Assembly: GCA_904063045.1 (NCBI GenBank)
Contig: CAJFCJ010000002.1
Location: forward strand, 3,467,891-3,531,890
Direction: 5' to 3'
Length of the DNA: 64,000 bases
From: Dimorphilus gyrociliatus
Taxonomy: Eukaryota; Animalia; Annelida
A program made the position numbers and the translations under genes. The notes below the pieces were generated by a model. It saw only the letters and a list, made by a program, of their open reading frames with translations. It was not told where the DNA came from and searched no databases. Positions 49,479 to 63,923 of this stretch are shown here, piece after piece. The stretch's first letter is position 1; each line of letters begins with the position of its first letter.

Positions 49479-50766
49479 ATGGACTCGAATTTTGTTGGAG
49501 ATTATACAAGGATGAACTCTTTTCCTAATTATTATCCTGAGCAGTATCCTTTAATCGGACAATGGGGAATGCCTCAACAACCAATTTCTTATCCTGAGCC
49601 TATTGGCCCACCGATGCATCAAGTAAGTATATTATTTCTTTTTAAAGATTTTTCTTGGCAAAAATGAAACATATTTATAGGCCTTTATTGAGCATTTAAT
49701 GTAACACAGTTTTCTCGCGATCGAGAATGTATTCTTAATTGGTCTGCTGTGATATTTGCACTTGATAACTAATTAATTAACAGATTTTTCAAAATTGGTA
49801 TTTTTTCAAAAGACGAAAAAGATTGAAACTAGCAAAAGAAAGAGACAAATAATAGAAAGTGACGAATTTCGCTTGTTCGTTTTGTATAAAAGCTGTCATA
49901 CAATTGTTTATAGTTAACGAAGGTGGTGTTTGGTATTTTGGCAACAGTCTTGTCTTTTACGATTTATTGGGTTTTTATGTATCAGATATTCTTACTTACA
50001 TTATTATATAAAAAAAATGCCTTACCTGTCAGACCTCAGACAGTTTGAGCGTCTTGGTAAAAAACAAAAGAACTAAAAAAACAACGTCACACTCATATAG
50101 AGGTTTTAAATCTAACAGTGTGATAATTTCAAGGCTATTATAAAATTGTATATATTTTCTTTTTAATAGATGCAGGACCAGCGTGAAGAAAGATCTCATC
50201 GTTTAACTTATACAAAATACCAATTAGAACTCTTGAATGCCATTTATTCGAAATTTAAGTATCCGAATCAGCACCAAAAACAACTATTGGCTAAAAGAAT
50301 TGGTATAACTAGGAGTCAGGTGAAAATCTGGTTTCAAAATAGGAGACGGAAAGAAATTACCGAAAAACCGTGTCAAAGAAAATTTATCGAAAGAAAATGT
50401 GTTCCTCAAGCTGTTATAGATAGTGTAATAGCGGAATTATCTCAATACGATAATGAATTTAAACATAAAAACGTCGCTGCCTATTTAAAAACTAGTCCGA
50501 AATCTACTACAAGTTCCAGTTCGGATGAAGACTTACCTAAATTCGTACCGAAAGGTCAAGATAAGCCATCGTCGGAACCAATGTGTGTGAAAAATCCTCC
50601 AAATGCTGTCGCACCCGCTTGTGGCCAATTTAATGAGCAATTAGTGGCAAGAAAAACGGATTTTACAGTGTACGTTCCAAACTCTTCGACCGTAAGAGAA
50701 TTTTCTTGCTTCAACAAGGACAATTCACCGTTATACTTTGATACAAGTAGTTATTTATATAATTAA
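49479..50766 (+). CDS. Divergent Q50 homeobox protein, Lopx-like (lophotrochozoan-specific class, recognised from memory); exons 49479-49622 and 50170-50766
   Basis: Homeodomain RSHRLTYTKYQLELLNAIYSKFKYPNQHQKQLLAKRIGITRSQVKIWFQNRRRKE. Pro/Tyr-rich first exon with phase-0 gtaagt donor. Confidence 0.8.
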
Positions 50767-51360
50767 GAGTTTTTGGTATATTATTTTGTTTGGTAAATTT
50801 TCTCATGTTATTTATAAATCAGATAAAGAAAAGAAAGTTATTAAAAAAAATACCCGAAAAAGAAGTTATAAATAATTTTCATCACTAATAAATAACTTGA
50901 ATTTCTTAGCAAAATAAATGTACAATTTTTATTGACCAAAGCGTAAAGACAATTATAACATCAGGCACTTTAGTCATTCTCAAGCCGAAAAATACGAGAA
51001 GTGTAAGTTTTTTTTGTGTATACTTTTGCATACAATGAATAAATCTGCAGCAAGCAGCTCTTTTTTTAGTTTTACTTCATCATAAGAAATATAAAGAAAA
51101 AGATATTAAACAGTAAACAGAACGTCATGAAGGTAACATAAATCATTTTGTACAGTTTAAGCAGCCAGTTAGAAAAAAAAGATTTGTTAATATACTAATG
51201 TACATATTAAGACAAAGATAAATATGAAAAAATTCTAAACTCTGTCCCACAACCACATTTCTAATAGAAAATAAAATTTAAAAAAATATAATACTGTATT
51301 AAAAAATGAGTACATATTAAGCTAACTTTTTGATACCAGGCAGAAAAGTTAGAAAATTAC

Positions 51361-51560
51361 ATATATATATATATATATATAGATTCGTTTTCATGAGATA
51401 GACGTTACTCTATATATATATATATATATATATCTTTATTTTCTATATACTGTAAATATATATAAAATTATACTGAAAAATTTACTTACAGTACAGATAT
51501 TGCTGGGTATATACTCACATACATATATATATATATATATATATATGTGTGCATATATAT
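51361..51560. repeat. Cluster of three (TA)n tracts just downstream of the RhoGAP stop codon
   Basis: TA runs at 51361-51381, 51411-51433 and ~51523-51546. Confidence 0.9.
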
Positions 51561-51622
51561 ATCCAAGACGTGAAATATTTATACGGTATATATGTAGAAA
51601 AAAATAAAGGGTCTAAAAAAAA

Positions 51623-54600
51623 TCAACTAGCTGAACTCAACTGTTCAAATCTGTCCTTCAAACTTCTGACACTCTTGTTGCAATCAGAATTATTTTCTTC
51701 CATTCCAGGTGTCCAACTAGAGCTCATACTTTTGGGTAACTTTATTTCTGTTTCTTTGCTCTCCGGTTCGTAGGTCGAAAACCGATTGGGTAAAGTATTT
51801 TTTTGGGTTGGTTTTAAAACTTGAGCTGGTGTTCTGTCAAATGTAGCCGGTTTTGTGACTTTTAAGGAAGCTGCTGGTGAAAGTGTGTCAAACTCGAAAG
51901 AACTCAGGCGTTTTGTGATCGATAATCTATTATTTTCTTCGTCAACTGTTGAACGTATAATCGATGGAACTCGGGTACTTTGTGATCGCCGAATGCTCGA
52001 TTCGGTAGACGATTGAGGGGAAGACGTTGCAGTAGGAGTAGATGTAAACATTTCAGCCAGGCGTCTGAAATTTATCATACTTGAAATAAGAATATTTGAT
52101 TAATAAAATTATTGCGCAACTTTAACTAAAAAATAACAAGAAACTATAAAATTAGTAGAGAATAAATATCTCTTAAGGGAAAAAATATCGCAAAGTTTTT
52201 GGGACCCTTAAATCTCAATTTTCTTTTTTCCGTTGTTAATTCATGATTAGCTACTAGAAAGTGTTAAAATTCAATATAAAGACATCTAAAGTTAAATTCG
52301 AAACGGAGTGTAGTGGCAAAAACGTAGATCAATATAAAGAGTAAGTTAATTTTTGTTTTGTTACAATGGCAATCATTAATTTTTTGCAGAAATTAATCAA
52401 ATAAAGCGTAGACAGATGAGAAACGTTAAATTTCTTAAAAGAACCACAAATAACTATTGTAATAGAATTAAATATCTTTAAACTCTTTTCAAGTTCTCAG
52501 AAGCACAGTCTCTAAAGCAGTTTGTATAGATCGCATGCAAGCCAAGTTTTATAAAAAAAATATATATATAGAGTAGATAGTTTGTAAGAGCATAAAAGTT
52601 TATAAAGCATGGCCAAAGATTCTTATTTATACGCGTATAATGATAATTAAATGAATGGCAATTTAGCTAACTTGTCATTTAGAAAGGACCTGCAAAAATA
52701 TGTAAGATAGTATGAAAATAAGGTAGAAAATATACATAAAATGATAATGATGTTATATACATAATGAAAAAGTACTAAAGTAAAAATAGAAAACATTAAT
52801 TATTTCGAGTTTTCATTCCCATAACTTGTGAATGATAAGCTTTAAGAAGAAATTGATGAAAGATCTATATAATAGATAAAAAAATAAATAATAAAAAAAA
52901 GAAACTTAAAATAGCAAAGCCTTTTTATAATTTTTTGTTCAATAAATTCATCTGCTCAAATTTGTTCATTGATTTAATACCATTTATGTATAAATACATC
53001 ATTTGTATGTTAGAATTATGCATACCATATATTTGATACACCCTATATGGCATGTAGATTCTATTGCTAATAGAAAATTCTTTCTTACCTCACGCTTCCT
53101 TGTTTTGATGAATAAGAGGAATTATTAGTTGAGTTCTCTTCATCTCCTTCAATAGCTACTTGTTTTTCATCTTTTTCATCCTTAACTACTTTAGCTGAAA
53201 ACATTCGGCTAGTTTCACCAAACTTTGGCAAGTTTTCAGTTTTTCGTTGGGTATCCGGAGTGATATCTATTCTCTCTTGTGATTTTTGACTTGTTGTTAA
53301 AGAAAAAGTTGAGGAAGTTTTTGTTTCTAATTGTTTTACACCAGAATTAATAGGCCTTTCTCTGCTCCTTAAGGAGTCAAGGTGAGACTTAATAACATCT
53401 TTTCGAACTTCAGGTTCTGGAGCACTTCTAGCCACGTTGCTTTCAACCGACCTTCGAGGCTTTGGAATAGGTTTAGAACTAGCTTTTCCACTAAAGGAGG
53501 ATGTTAAACTGGGCTTGACTTTCACTGGAACGTTTTCTTTCACTTCCAATTGTTCAATTGTCATTTCATCAAGACTGTCTATACTACCTGATAGTCTAAC
53601 TTTTTTCTCCGGAGAATTAACAGTAGACTGACTGGAATCTTGTGATTCTTGCTTATTTAAAAACGGAGAAGACGAAACTTTTCCGAGATTGTTAACTTGT
53701 TCAGATTCTACAACAGAATATCTTCTTGCGACTTGTAATATGGGAGAATCAGCCTTTTCACCTATATTTTTTATACTTCTCTTTTTTGTAATTGGATCTT
53801 GTTCACTGGAATCGGACAAGTTTAAATCGATACGCTTGTCATCAGTAGCAGATATACAACTTTCATTTTCCGTTACATCAACCTTTTCAAATTTGTCAAC
53901 TTTAACAACATTTTCATATGAAAATTGCTGACGACGCTGAAAGTAGACATTTTTATTCTGTTTACTATTTTCTAAGGAATTGTTTTCACGGAATGTAGGC
54001 TTATCGTTATCGAACTTTTTTAAGTTTTCAACAAAACTTCCTTGTGACTTATCTGTGACAGTTTCATTATCATTTTGAGGCAGTTTGGTGGATTTAATTT
54101 TTGTAAATAATTTTTCACTGTTGACATTAGCAGGATTCTTGTTCATTTCGTCATAACAGATATTTGACTTTTCTTTTTCATTTGTTTGAGCTTTCTTTTC
54201 CTCATGAAAACTATCAATAATAGATTTATTCGACTTGGAAGACGATGGAGACCTCAATTCTATATTTTCTTTAATATTTACAGGGTCTCTAAAGATTGGA
54301 GTACTTTCTCCGAATTGAATTATATTTTCTTCCCAAGGCGATTCTACTTTTTCTTTAAAAGGTGATTCTACTTTTTCTTTCAAAGGCGATTCTACTTTCT
54401 CTTTCAAAGGTGATTCCACTTTTTCTTTCAAAGGCGATTCTACTTTTTCTGTCAAAGGCGATTCTACTTCTTCTTTCAAAGGTGATTCTGCTACTTTTTC
54501 TGTCAAAGATAATGACAATTGTACGTCTTCTTCAAAAGACGATTTAATTCTCTCTTCTAACAACGATTTAACTTTATCTGTCAAAGGCGCCTCTACTATT

Positions 54601-57600
54601 GGCTTATCTTCAATTGGAGAACTTTTTTCACTGGTAAAAGCATCATCTAAATGATTATCATTTACGCTGGTTTGATTGTTTAATGAACAAGTTGAAGAAG
54701 TGGGAACAATACTCTTCTCTTCTTCCTCAGGAGTTTTGTCTAAGGAAAATCTAGAAATTTGTCTATGTGTAGCGGCAGGACTCATAATTAAATCCGAAGT
54801 AGGAAAGGGTTCATCAATAATTGTAACAGGAACTTCTTCTTTTTCATCTGAGGTGCTGGTTAAATTTGAAGTTCTTTCCAGTTCCTCAGATATTTCATTA
54901 AATTTATCTATGTGAACGGATAGTGGGTCTGTGGAGGATTCATCAATAGTAATCAAATCTACCGAGACATTTTTTTCCTCAAATTTACTAAAATTTGAGT
55001 TTGTAATGGAAGGAGAAAGCTGTTTACTCCAGGCTTGGGAAACTTCGACTTCCTCTGGAAGCGTAGCAGTTGGGAATTCATCCTCAGTTAATTCTTTTTC
55101 ATATCGAGGACACTGCTTATAGCTGGAAAAGTGGCTATTCTTAACTTGTTGTAAATTTTCGTAAATCGGTTGCTCTCTTCGGAAAGTTGTAAAAGACGAT
55201 GTACGCTCCCTTTCGTAATCGGGAAATTCTTTGTCTTCTTTAGTTTCGTCAAAGCCTTTTAAAACAGAGCTAGCTAAACTTTCTTGTGAATTTAAAATTT
55301 CAAGACTATTTAAATTTTCAAAAAATTCCGATCTTTGTTCAGCTGGAGGTTCAACAATAGCAGCCGAATCTAATGAACACGCTCGGTGATGGGTAAGACT
55401 AAAATTAGCTTGTTTAATGCTTGGTCTATTCATTGGTGGAGGTTCTGAAAACATATAAAAATAATTAAAATCAATAGTTCTTCATAGAAAGAGAAAATTG
55501 TTTAATATAATTAATTAATAACGATTTTTTTAAACTGAAGAATTGAATTATATTTAACTTACTAAAAGTTTTAGTTTCAACAGAATTCCAATTATCGCTC
55601 TTTGAATAATTCTCATTTGACTCCAAACCAATAATATCTGAATAAAGGAAATTATTGCTTTGAATTACAAGATAAATTTTAAGCGTATTCTCGAAAACAT
55701 AGCTAAAAAACCGTTTATAAAAACAAATCATCTACAGTGCGATAATGTCTATAAAAAAAAGGGACCACTACACCAACCTGGTGAAGGATTAGCAAAAACA
55801 GTACATTTGTCCAAGGATTCAGCACTTTTCGACAATCTAAATGGCTGATGATGATGTCTCCATTCTTCAGGAATATCAGCAGCTGTAAGCGTTAGTGATT
55901 TCCCCGGGTCCGAAGCTTTTAAAAAGTGGGAAGGGATTTTGAAAGGGTGGTGAAAATAAACAACAGTCATGCTTTATATATTTACAATGGTCAGGGGATA
56001 AGCATCACATGAAAACTACTTACTGGCGGTAAATTTACTTGACTTGGATCTCATACTTCGGGGACTCTTCCTAAATAAAGATGATTTAGAATTACCTCTT
56101 TTAGATTTTCTGAATGAACAGTCAAGAAAAGAAATCATTGTTTAAAGAATCATTTTGAAGCAAAAGTACAGTAAACCACACAATGAAAATAAGATTTAAT
56201 TAGAGTTTAAGCATTATAGTTATTTTTTTTTTATTAAATCATTAGCTACCTAGAATTTTCTTTTTCGTATTCGAAATTTCGGCCCAATTTTCTATTTTTA
56301 GCCTCTTCAAGCGAAATAAGCATACTATCTGCACTTAATCTACAATCATATTTTGAGGGTGTTGACACAGCTAAGGACTTAGGTCTATGCCTTTTAATAA
56401 TTCCGTCTACATCTTGATACTTTTCATCCCCAAATACTTGATTTGCATAATTAATTAACAGCTCGGTAATTGTTGCTTGAACAGCAACGTCTTGCAACAT
56501 ATCACAACAGCGCTGAGGAGTTTCAAGGCGCTTAGAGCGAAGTAAATTTGGAGCCCAAACAATAGATAATTGTTTAGCGTGCATATTCGTTTCATATCCT
56601 CGAGAAGCCACTCGGGCTAAATGAAGAAATAGGAATCGTGCAGTTCTAGTGGGAAAAAAAATTGTATTACTTTAGAAGTTATTAATAAAGATTATTGTCA
56701 ACGAACTCTTTATGGACCGGTGGTAATAGTTCAACTACATTACTTATTCTCATTGGCTTGTCCTCCTCCGATTGAGCATATTTTACAGCATCCTATTATT
56801 ATTGTAAATTAGAAGTGCAATTTAATCATAAATAATTAAAGATGGATTAAATAACTTACCACAAACTGATCGTATAATTGGTAAGTAAGCAGGGGATTAG
56901 GCAATTCTCTAAAATACATTTTCAATAGTGATGATATACTATGAATATCTTGAAGAGTTTCTTCTTTGGATAAATCAGGTTGTCTATTCTCATCAAAATC
57001 TAATCTTAGCTTTTGAATGTTGGAGTTGATACCCGATAATCTATAAATTCCGTCAACAATTCCATGTTTTTCTATAATTTCTGCGCAACACTTGACAATG
57101 TCCGGTATTTTATCCTTTGCGTCTACGTTTACCACATGTTCGCCTAAATCGCAGCCAAAAACTCGTTCTTTTACTATCCCTTTTCGTTTCAAGTGGGTTC
57201 TAGAAGGTCTTGAAGTAAAAAAATTGAGAAGGAAGGCAAAAATTTTCCCGCGGGAACGTTGTACTGCAATAAAATAATAAAGATATGTTTAACTAATTTT
57301 TATCTACATTGAAGAGTTTTATTTAAAAAATAAATTTCTATTTAACTTGCGTATAACAAAACAATTTCATTGTTAGAATTTCATGTTTTTTTTTAATTAA
57401 AGTTTTCAAAAGAAATATTTACCAGGTTTTATTGGAGTATTTTTCAAGTTGTCCAAACTTTCAGGCAGTTTAGATCCCAACAGTTCAACACATTGTCTCG
57501 GAAAGTATCCGACCTAACATATCAAACATTTACGGTAAAAAATAAATAAAAGAAAAAAAATGTTTTTACCAACCTCAACAGTTTTATCTCTCTGTCTCTT

Positions 57601-60488
57601 TCCTCTCCACCAATGAGCAGGGGAGTCAGGCATTTCAATAATCGATACCATATCACCCACTTCTACAGAGATTTCGTCAAATTCTTGTTTTACATAAGGT
57701 TTTGTAACAGTTCCACAAGCTTTAGCTGGTATGTTGATCAACGTACTTCGAGCATGAATTAACTTTTTACCAGAATAATCCATCTGTGAAAAATGTGAGT
57801 ATTTCAATGAGTTTTGTAAATTTTGCTATTAAACTTCTTCAAAACGATAGAGATTGAAGTAAAAAGAAAGAAAGAAATTACAAATCTAGAATAATTTGCT
57901 GAAGTTCAACAAGTGAAACTGAATCGGAAAGACAATCAAACCCTTGCAATAAATACTACTATAAATTAGTAGATATTGGACGGTCAATGCCGTATCCTTT
58001 TCATTTTTTATAGCAATATTAAGCATCCCAATAACGGTAATAGCTTTTACGAGGGAACCGAATCTATTATTGTACAAAAAAGCTGTTTTTTACTCTAAAT
58101 GATCAATATTAAAGTATTGATCAGTGGTGGATGAAGAATGCTTCCTAATTAAAGGTATAATAGACAATATCCGACATATATATATTATAAACAACAAAAA
58201 GACTTTGCATTAATGTATTTTACAAACAATTAAAAAAGCAGCCATATTCTTACGTAGAAAACGAGAAATATTGTAAATAATTAACAAGATACGAATAGGA
58301 AAATTTTAGCGTTCGGGCAAAAAAAATGTGCTATTTAGGTAATAAAAAAATAATCTCGATTGTTCGTAGGAGAAAGTGATGGTTTGCATTTGTAAGCATA
58401 AATAACTGACTATCAGTTCTATCTTGGAAAGATATTACCAAACCTATATCGGTGGTGCACTTTCTTCATTACATTCGCATATTGAAATATATTGAAATAG
58501 TATACTGTATAGTTTATTTTATCTATCGAAGTTACTATAATTTAACTAAATATATCCCTCTTCGTGAAATTGGATTTAAACTTTCTTTAATGGTCGCTTA
58601 CTGCTAATGTTCTATGGCCTCTATAATAAAGTTTCGCATTAATGAAGGACAAAATAGGTTTCAATTAATAGTAAATCGTAAAAATATCTGAAACTGAATA
58701 GTATAACTTAAAACAATTTCACTATTAATTATATAAACTGTTACCCTACACTGCTTTTTGTATCTCTATAATTTGAACTGACAACAAATATTTATAAATT
58801 AAGACTGAAATAACAAGAATATTAATAATTAGGCTAATTTAGTTTTTTTTAAGGATTATATTCCAAATACAAAAACAGACATTGACCAAATTTTTCCTTC
58901 CTATTTATATACAGTTATAATATGAGCTAAAATGGTTTGCTTGGTATTATTTATTGCTATAATTATTATCAGGCTGCGCACTTAGTATGTCCATGAGATT
59001 CTGAGAGTATTTTTGGCTATGTCTTTTGCACAAAAATTCTTTAATCAAGCTTTGTTTCTGACCATTTTTTAAGAAATAAATGACGAAAAAAAGCAATATA
59101 CTTTAAATCTAAATAGTATTTAAACCATTTAAAAAAGGAGTATTTACAATATACCGATATAGTATATATTATATGTTAAACAGTTTACTTTATTATATAC
59201 TAAAGGTATCTAATTACTCCTAACATTGAAGAATGTTTTTTTTTTTTTTGAATTTGAAACCAGTTCGATAATACAATTACTCTTACAAATTTAAATAATA
59301 CCCTTGATCATCATTACAATTATCTTCAGAAAAATTCTATTCTTACTAACCTCGAAAAAATTTAATACTGTACTACATGGTACAGTTTTTCCAGAAACAG
59401 CCATTGTTGCAAATTTAGATAAATACGTTTGTAAGACGCTCTTGCTATTCTGTAAAACAAAAAAAATTAGATATGTTAACTCGTTAAAAGTTTTTATTTT
59501 TAAGTTCAATTAATTCAATTACTTTATCGTATTGTCGTAGAACTTTTAAATCTGTCAAGAGAGAACTATGCCTTTCCCAAATACATTTGTGTACAGCTTC
59601 GTCTAGAGCTAGAAAGTCATCTAGAGACCGTCTTACGATCCAAACATTAATATTCATCTCTGCATCTTTTACAGTTACCTAAAGAAACACTTGTTAGTAG
59701 TCTTTTCATTTGTCAATTTAATCAAATTACTTTTATGGTGAATTTTCCATTATCCTCAAGTAAGTCACTTTTCTTTCCGTCCTGATCATTGTTGCATATA
59801 ACCAACTGCAGAAAGAACAAATATTAATAATAATGAGGCTAATTTGGATTTTTTACGTTGATATATACTGATATATTGTGCTTAGTTATGCTTTTTACTA
59901 CGAAATTGTTGTTATCTAGTTCCTGTTGAAAGAATTCTGCGTAATACTGAGAAAAATTAACAAACAATTAATATAAAAGCTCTTTTAGCAAATAGGCATG
60001 TGATTTCACCTTTTTACTATCTTTGGTTTGTAAAAGAGGAATAGTGCTTTTCTAAAAATAACTCTAAAATCGATCACTACCCTAACTGTAGTGGATACTC
60101 TTACGTTATTGATTATTTTTTCTAAACAGGATAGACTATTACATTCCTTTATCAAGCTCTGTTTATTCATTATACTTAAAACTAATATGTAACATATACG
60201 TTCACCTCTTAGAGTATTTAAACTTATTCATAGACTTATAGAGCAAACAAGGACATTACATTATCGTAGTAAACCGGAAAATTTTTGCTCTTTGTTGACA
60301 CTAAATTATTCGGTCGTTTTTTTATATACCTATATTGTATAAAGTAAAAATATAACTCACCGCGAGATGGTTGAAACATTTATCGCTATAATCGTAGTGA
60401 AAATGTGGTTGATCCTCCAATTGAAAAACGGGTCTGTTACCAAAACTAGAAAAAACAATAGAAAAGTTTTCATTACTCACCATAACAT
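51623..60488 (-). CDS. ARHGAP32: Rho GTPase-activating protein of the ARHGAP32/33 type (PX-like, SH3, RhoGAP, long disordered tail)
   Basis: PHFHYD; WIVRRSLDDFLALDEAVHKCIWER (PX-like); DEISVEVGDMVSIIEM..WWRGK|VGYFPRQCV (SH3); KERVFGCDLGEH, YRLSG (Arg finger), YFRELPNPLLT, VWAPNLLRS. The start I propose is ATG TTA TG at 60488-60481 spliced in phase 2 to FGNRP. Confidence 0.85.
54328..54503 (-). repeat. Coding 24-bp tandem repeat, 7 units of E-[KE]-V-(A)-E-S-P-x-x in the RhoGAP tail
   Basis: gaaaaagtagaatcgcctttgaaa-type units read on the minus strand. Confidence 0.92.
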
Positions 60489-63400
60489 TCTCTTCCAAGT
60501 ACTAAGAGCCTACTAATGATAGCAAACAATTAACTGTTTTGTGAACTACACTAAATATGATTTCCGTTAGCACTTAAATAACGATCTAGACATTTAGAGC
60601 AATACAGTTCCCAATTTTCAATTTTATATTTTGTTGTTGAACAATCAACTTTGATAATTAGAATTTTGCGAGTTAATCCTTGTTTGGACCTTAATTAATT
60701 GACAACTACAATTGGAAAGTAACTGTAACAATTAATAGTGGTAAGAATAATACGAAACAGGAAGAAAGGTTTAACTAGTAGAGAGTTTGAATAATGAGAC
60801 AATACATATAACGGTAAACTACAAGATAATGTAAATATATCGTAATATTCCCCTAACATAAAGTTATTTGCTTACGGGAGAAACTTTTTGATAAATATTT
60901 AGGCTGATGAATAATATTGCTTTGAAGCATTTAGATGTTTTCAATTGAAAATATTTTTAACTAGTCTTAATATTTAGTTTCAACTTCCTGAAAAGTGAAC
61001 CCTTAGTGATAACGATATTAAACCTTGTTTATATACTCATTGAAGTATTAAAGTAAGATCAATTACAATTATCAATCAGTCTTCTTCTAAAATATAAACA
61101 TAATATAACCTAAAGAGTATGTATGTGATTTGAAAGGATTTACTGATAAATTACAATTACCTTTAACGTAAGACAACACTCTTTATAAATAAATAACAGT
61201 TTATCCTAAATTGAAATGAATAGCCATTTAAACAGACGAATGGTATCATGATCGCAACTCTTTTTTCATATACTCGGTATAATTCATTTGAATCTAACTG
61301 ATTAAAAATCACTTACTTTGATGATGTAGGTTCTATCTTTTCAATCGAAATATCATTTTTATTACTAGAAACACGGCGGATCTGGAAGAATAGGATTAGT
61401 AATTATAGTTTATCGTGACGACTTGTCAATGACTCAAGCATGAAGTCGACACTTGCCTTGGACCCTCTTCCATATTCTTCCTTGAGTTGAGAATGGGTAC
61501 GATTCGAGTGTCCTCCCTCCGCCATAGTTTGTATGATGAGATATATTATATTTTTAAGCCTGAATTAAAAATTGAGCACTATAGACCAGCATTAAAGACG
61601 ACTTTCCGTCAACTTACAATTTTTATGCAGGTTAATTTCATCAGTTACGATGGGAAAAGATTATAACAAAAATTTAGTCATAAAATGATGGCGTAAAAGC
61701 TATATATTAAGCAGATCTCCCTAAAAAATCCGATAATTTTAGCCTCGTAAAAATATTGTCGTCCATCTTTATTCTTAGACTGGTTCCCTTCTAATGCCTT
61801 TTAACTAAACCACGCTATCGGGCAGTTTCTAAAGGCTATACGCAAAGCTGACTATGCATGCAGAACAGGTGAACTAGAACACTTTGAAGGAACTTATTTC
61901 CGAAAACGAATGCTAATGAGCTATTTTAATTACAAATTCTTGAATTAAACTTGAAAATTACTTTAATATTAAGATTTAATTAAATTATTTTTTTGTGTCG
62001 TAGAAACTCTTAGAAAAACAAAAAAACTTTTCATTATTTCAATACTATTACATAATATTATAAAAATTATCATTATTTTATAAATATACTGTCATTTATT
62101 ATATAATATTACTAATAAGGTTAAACAAAATTTTATAGCAAGATGACAGTCTTATTTAAGTAAAAGAAAAGTGAAGATAGTATTTGCTCTAGGGTATTTT
62201 CTAGCGGGAAGGAATTCCGATTGGATTTTTATCAAAGTTTCCACATTTGTTACAAACGTTACCAACTGTTCTTTACTAGATGTACAAGTTGCGAACAAAC
62301 GTTGAATTCTTGCAAAGTTTGTTAAAAACATGGTTTCCTTTTCTACTCAACAAAGCCAAACAAATGAGTTTTAAGAAAATAGTTAAAAACTTTACTGTCT
62401 TTATTTTTTATTTTAATAGTCTGAATAAAATATAGAAGAATTTCTTTTTTTTTTCCACTGAGAGAATACAATTGGTAACTAAGAGAAATAGCAGGAAAAG
62501 TAATGTATTTGATATTTGTATCGTATCAGAAATTACTGACGTTTCTGTTCTTTGTTACTTTGATAGTGATAAACAGAGCTCAAGTTCCATGGATTTATTC
62601 TCGTCCATGTGTATGTATACATATATATATACAGTATATACATATACTAGTTAATATGTATGCATGTATGTAGGTGTACATGTACGTGTGCGTATGTGAC
62701 ACTTCAAATGTACAATTTGTAATAAAATCTACCATGATATAAACGATAATACTGATTGTGAATAACAAAAATTGGGGTTACAAGGCCACAGTGCTAAATG
62801 TAAGTCTTTCATTTAGATTCCTTTATCAAAGCATCTGGAACCAATCTTTATATTTCTAAAAAATGATCTAAAGGTCAAAACCTCAACCACTAGAGATAAT
62901 TATAAAATATTATTTAAACTACTTTCAGACTTTTTAAAACTTAGTTATTCATTTTCTTTTTTTTTCTAACAATTCTATGATTGATGTGTACGATAAGTTA
63001 GTAATAAATGTAATCTATTAATTACCATCGATATTTAGTGCTATTTTGTAATTACTTTGGTACCTTCATATAGCTCAATTAGCTTAATGACAAAATTACT
63101 GAGAGTTCAAAATAAATTGTAGGCCTTATAAAATTCAAATAGCCGTATCACATTTTACATATTTGACGGATGTATAGCTTGGCCTGTCATCTTTGTGGTT
63201 AATTATAACTCAGTTTCTATATGCTGCTTTCTTGGGAAGAATCCAACATTTTTTCGCTATAGAATGCATACATAATATGTTGATATTGCATTTCTCTCAT
63301 TTTTCTTATAGTAAGTAACTTAATTATCTTTTTATCATCTGCTATATGTAATAGTATAAACTTTATGCTCAAAACAAGCAAACAAACATTTCGGAGAGTA

Positions 63401-63816
63401 TACTGTTTTTTATTCCATTGATTGGGAGTTTTTTTTAAGATGATAGATGGCGCTGTGTATAGAAATTCATCCGTGTGTTTTTTATTAGCAGACGATGACA
63501 TATCAGCTGTTAAGAAAAAAGTTTCTAATTTTTTTTAGTTTTCAAACTGTTGAAAAACAATTTTGAAAATGGTTGAAATTTATTAAATATATATTTCATT
63601 GTCAATAAAATAGGTCAACAATTATTGTTTTTTGATTTCACAAACCTAATAAACATTGGAACATAGGATTATTACAATCAGACTGGCGGAAGAAAGTAAC
63701 TAATTCACAGATACGCTAATTCCATCGGTATTGATAAGAAGATTGGGAATGATTTTGATAAAATAGATAAGTTTGATTTTGTCTACTATTGAAAATGAGA
63801 AGAAACATATTTCATC

Positions 63817-63923
63817 TCATTTACGTTTCTTAGTTTCTCTTCTTTGAGCTTTGAGCTTTTTCTTTTCCTCAATAGCTCTTTGCTTTTCTCGAATAGATGA
63901 CACAAGTTTGTAACCAAAAAAAG
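63817..63923 (-). CDS. Last coding exon of a small protein ending in a basic, probably coiled-coil tail; upstream exons lie outside the window
   Basis: After acceptor tttatcaacag| the frame reads (x)FFGYKLVSSIREKQRAIEEKKKLKAQRRETKKRK*. Confidence 0.5.

Noticed and set aside
57903-58240. Possible nested plus-strand gene in the 1.57-kb RhoGAP intron (57784-59350)
   Set aside because: The best frame stops at 58011-58013 after a T run, and no consistent exon chain or start could be built.
63217-63501. 94 aa minus-strand ORF with a vaguely PH-like start (ILKKTPNQWNKKQYTLRN)
   Set aside because: Resemblance is limited to a few residues and no splice-consistent continuation was found; it may be UTR.
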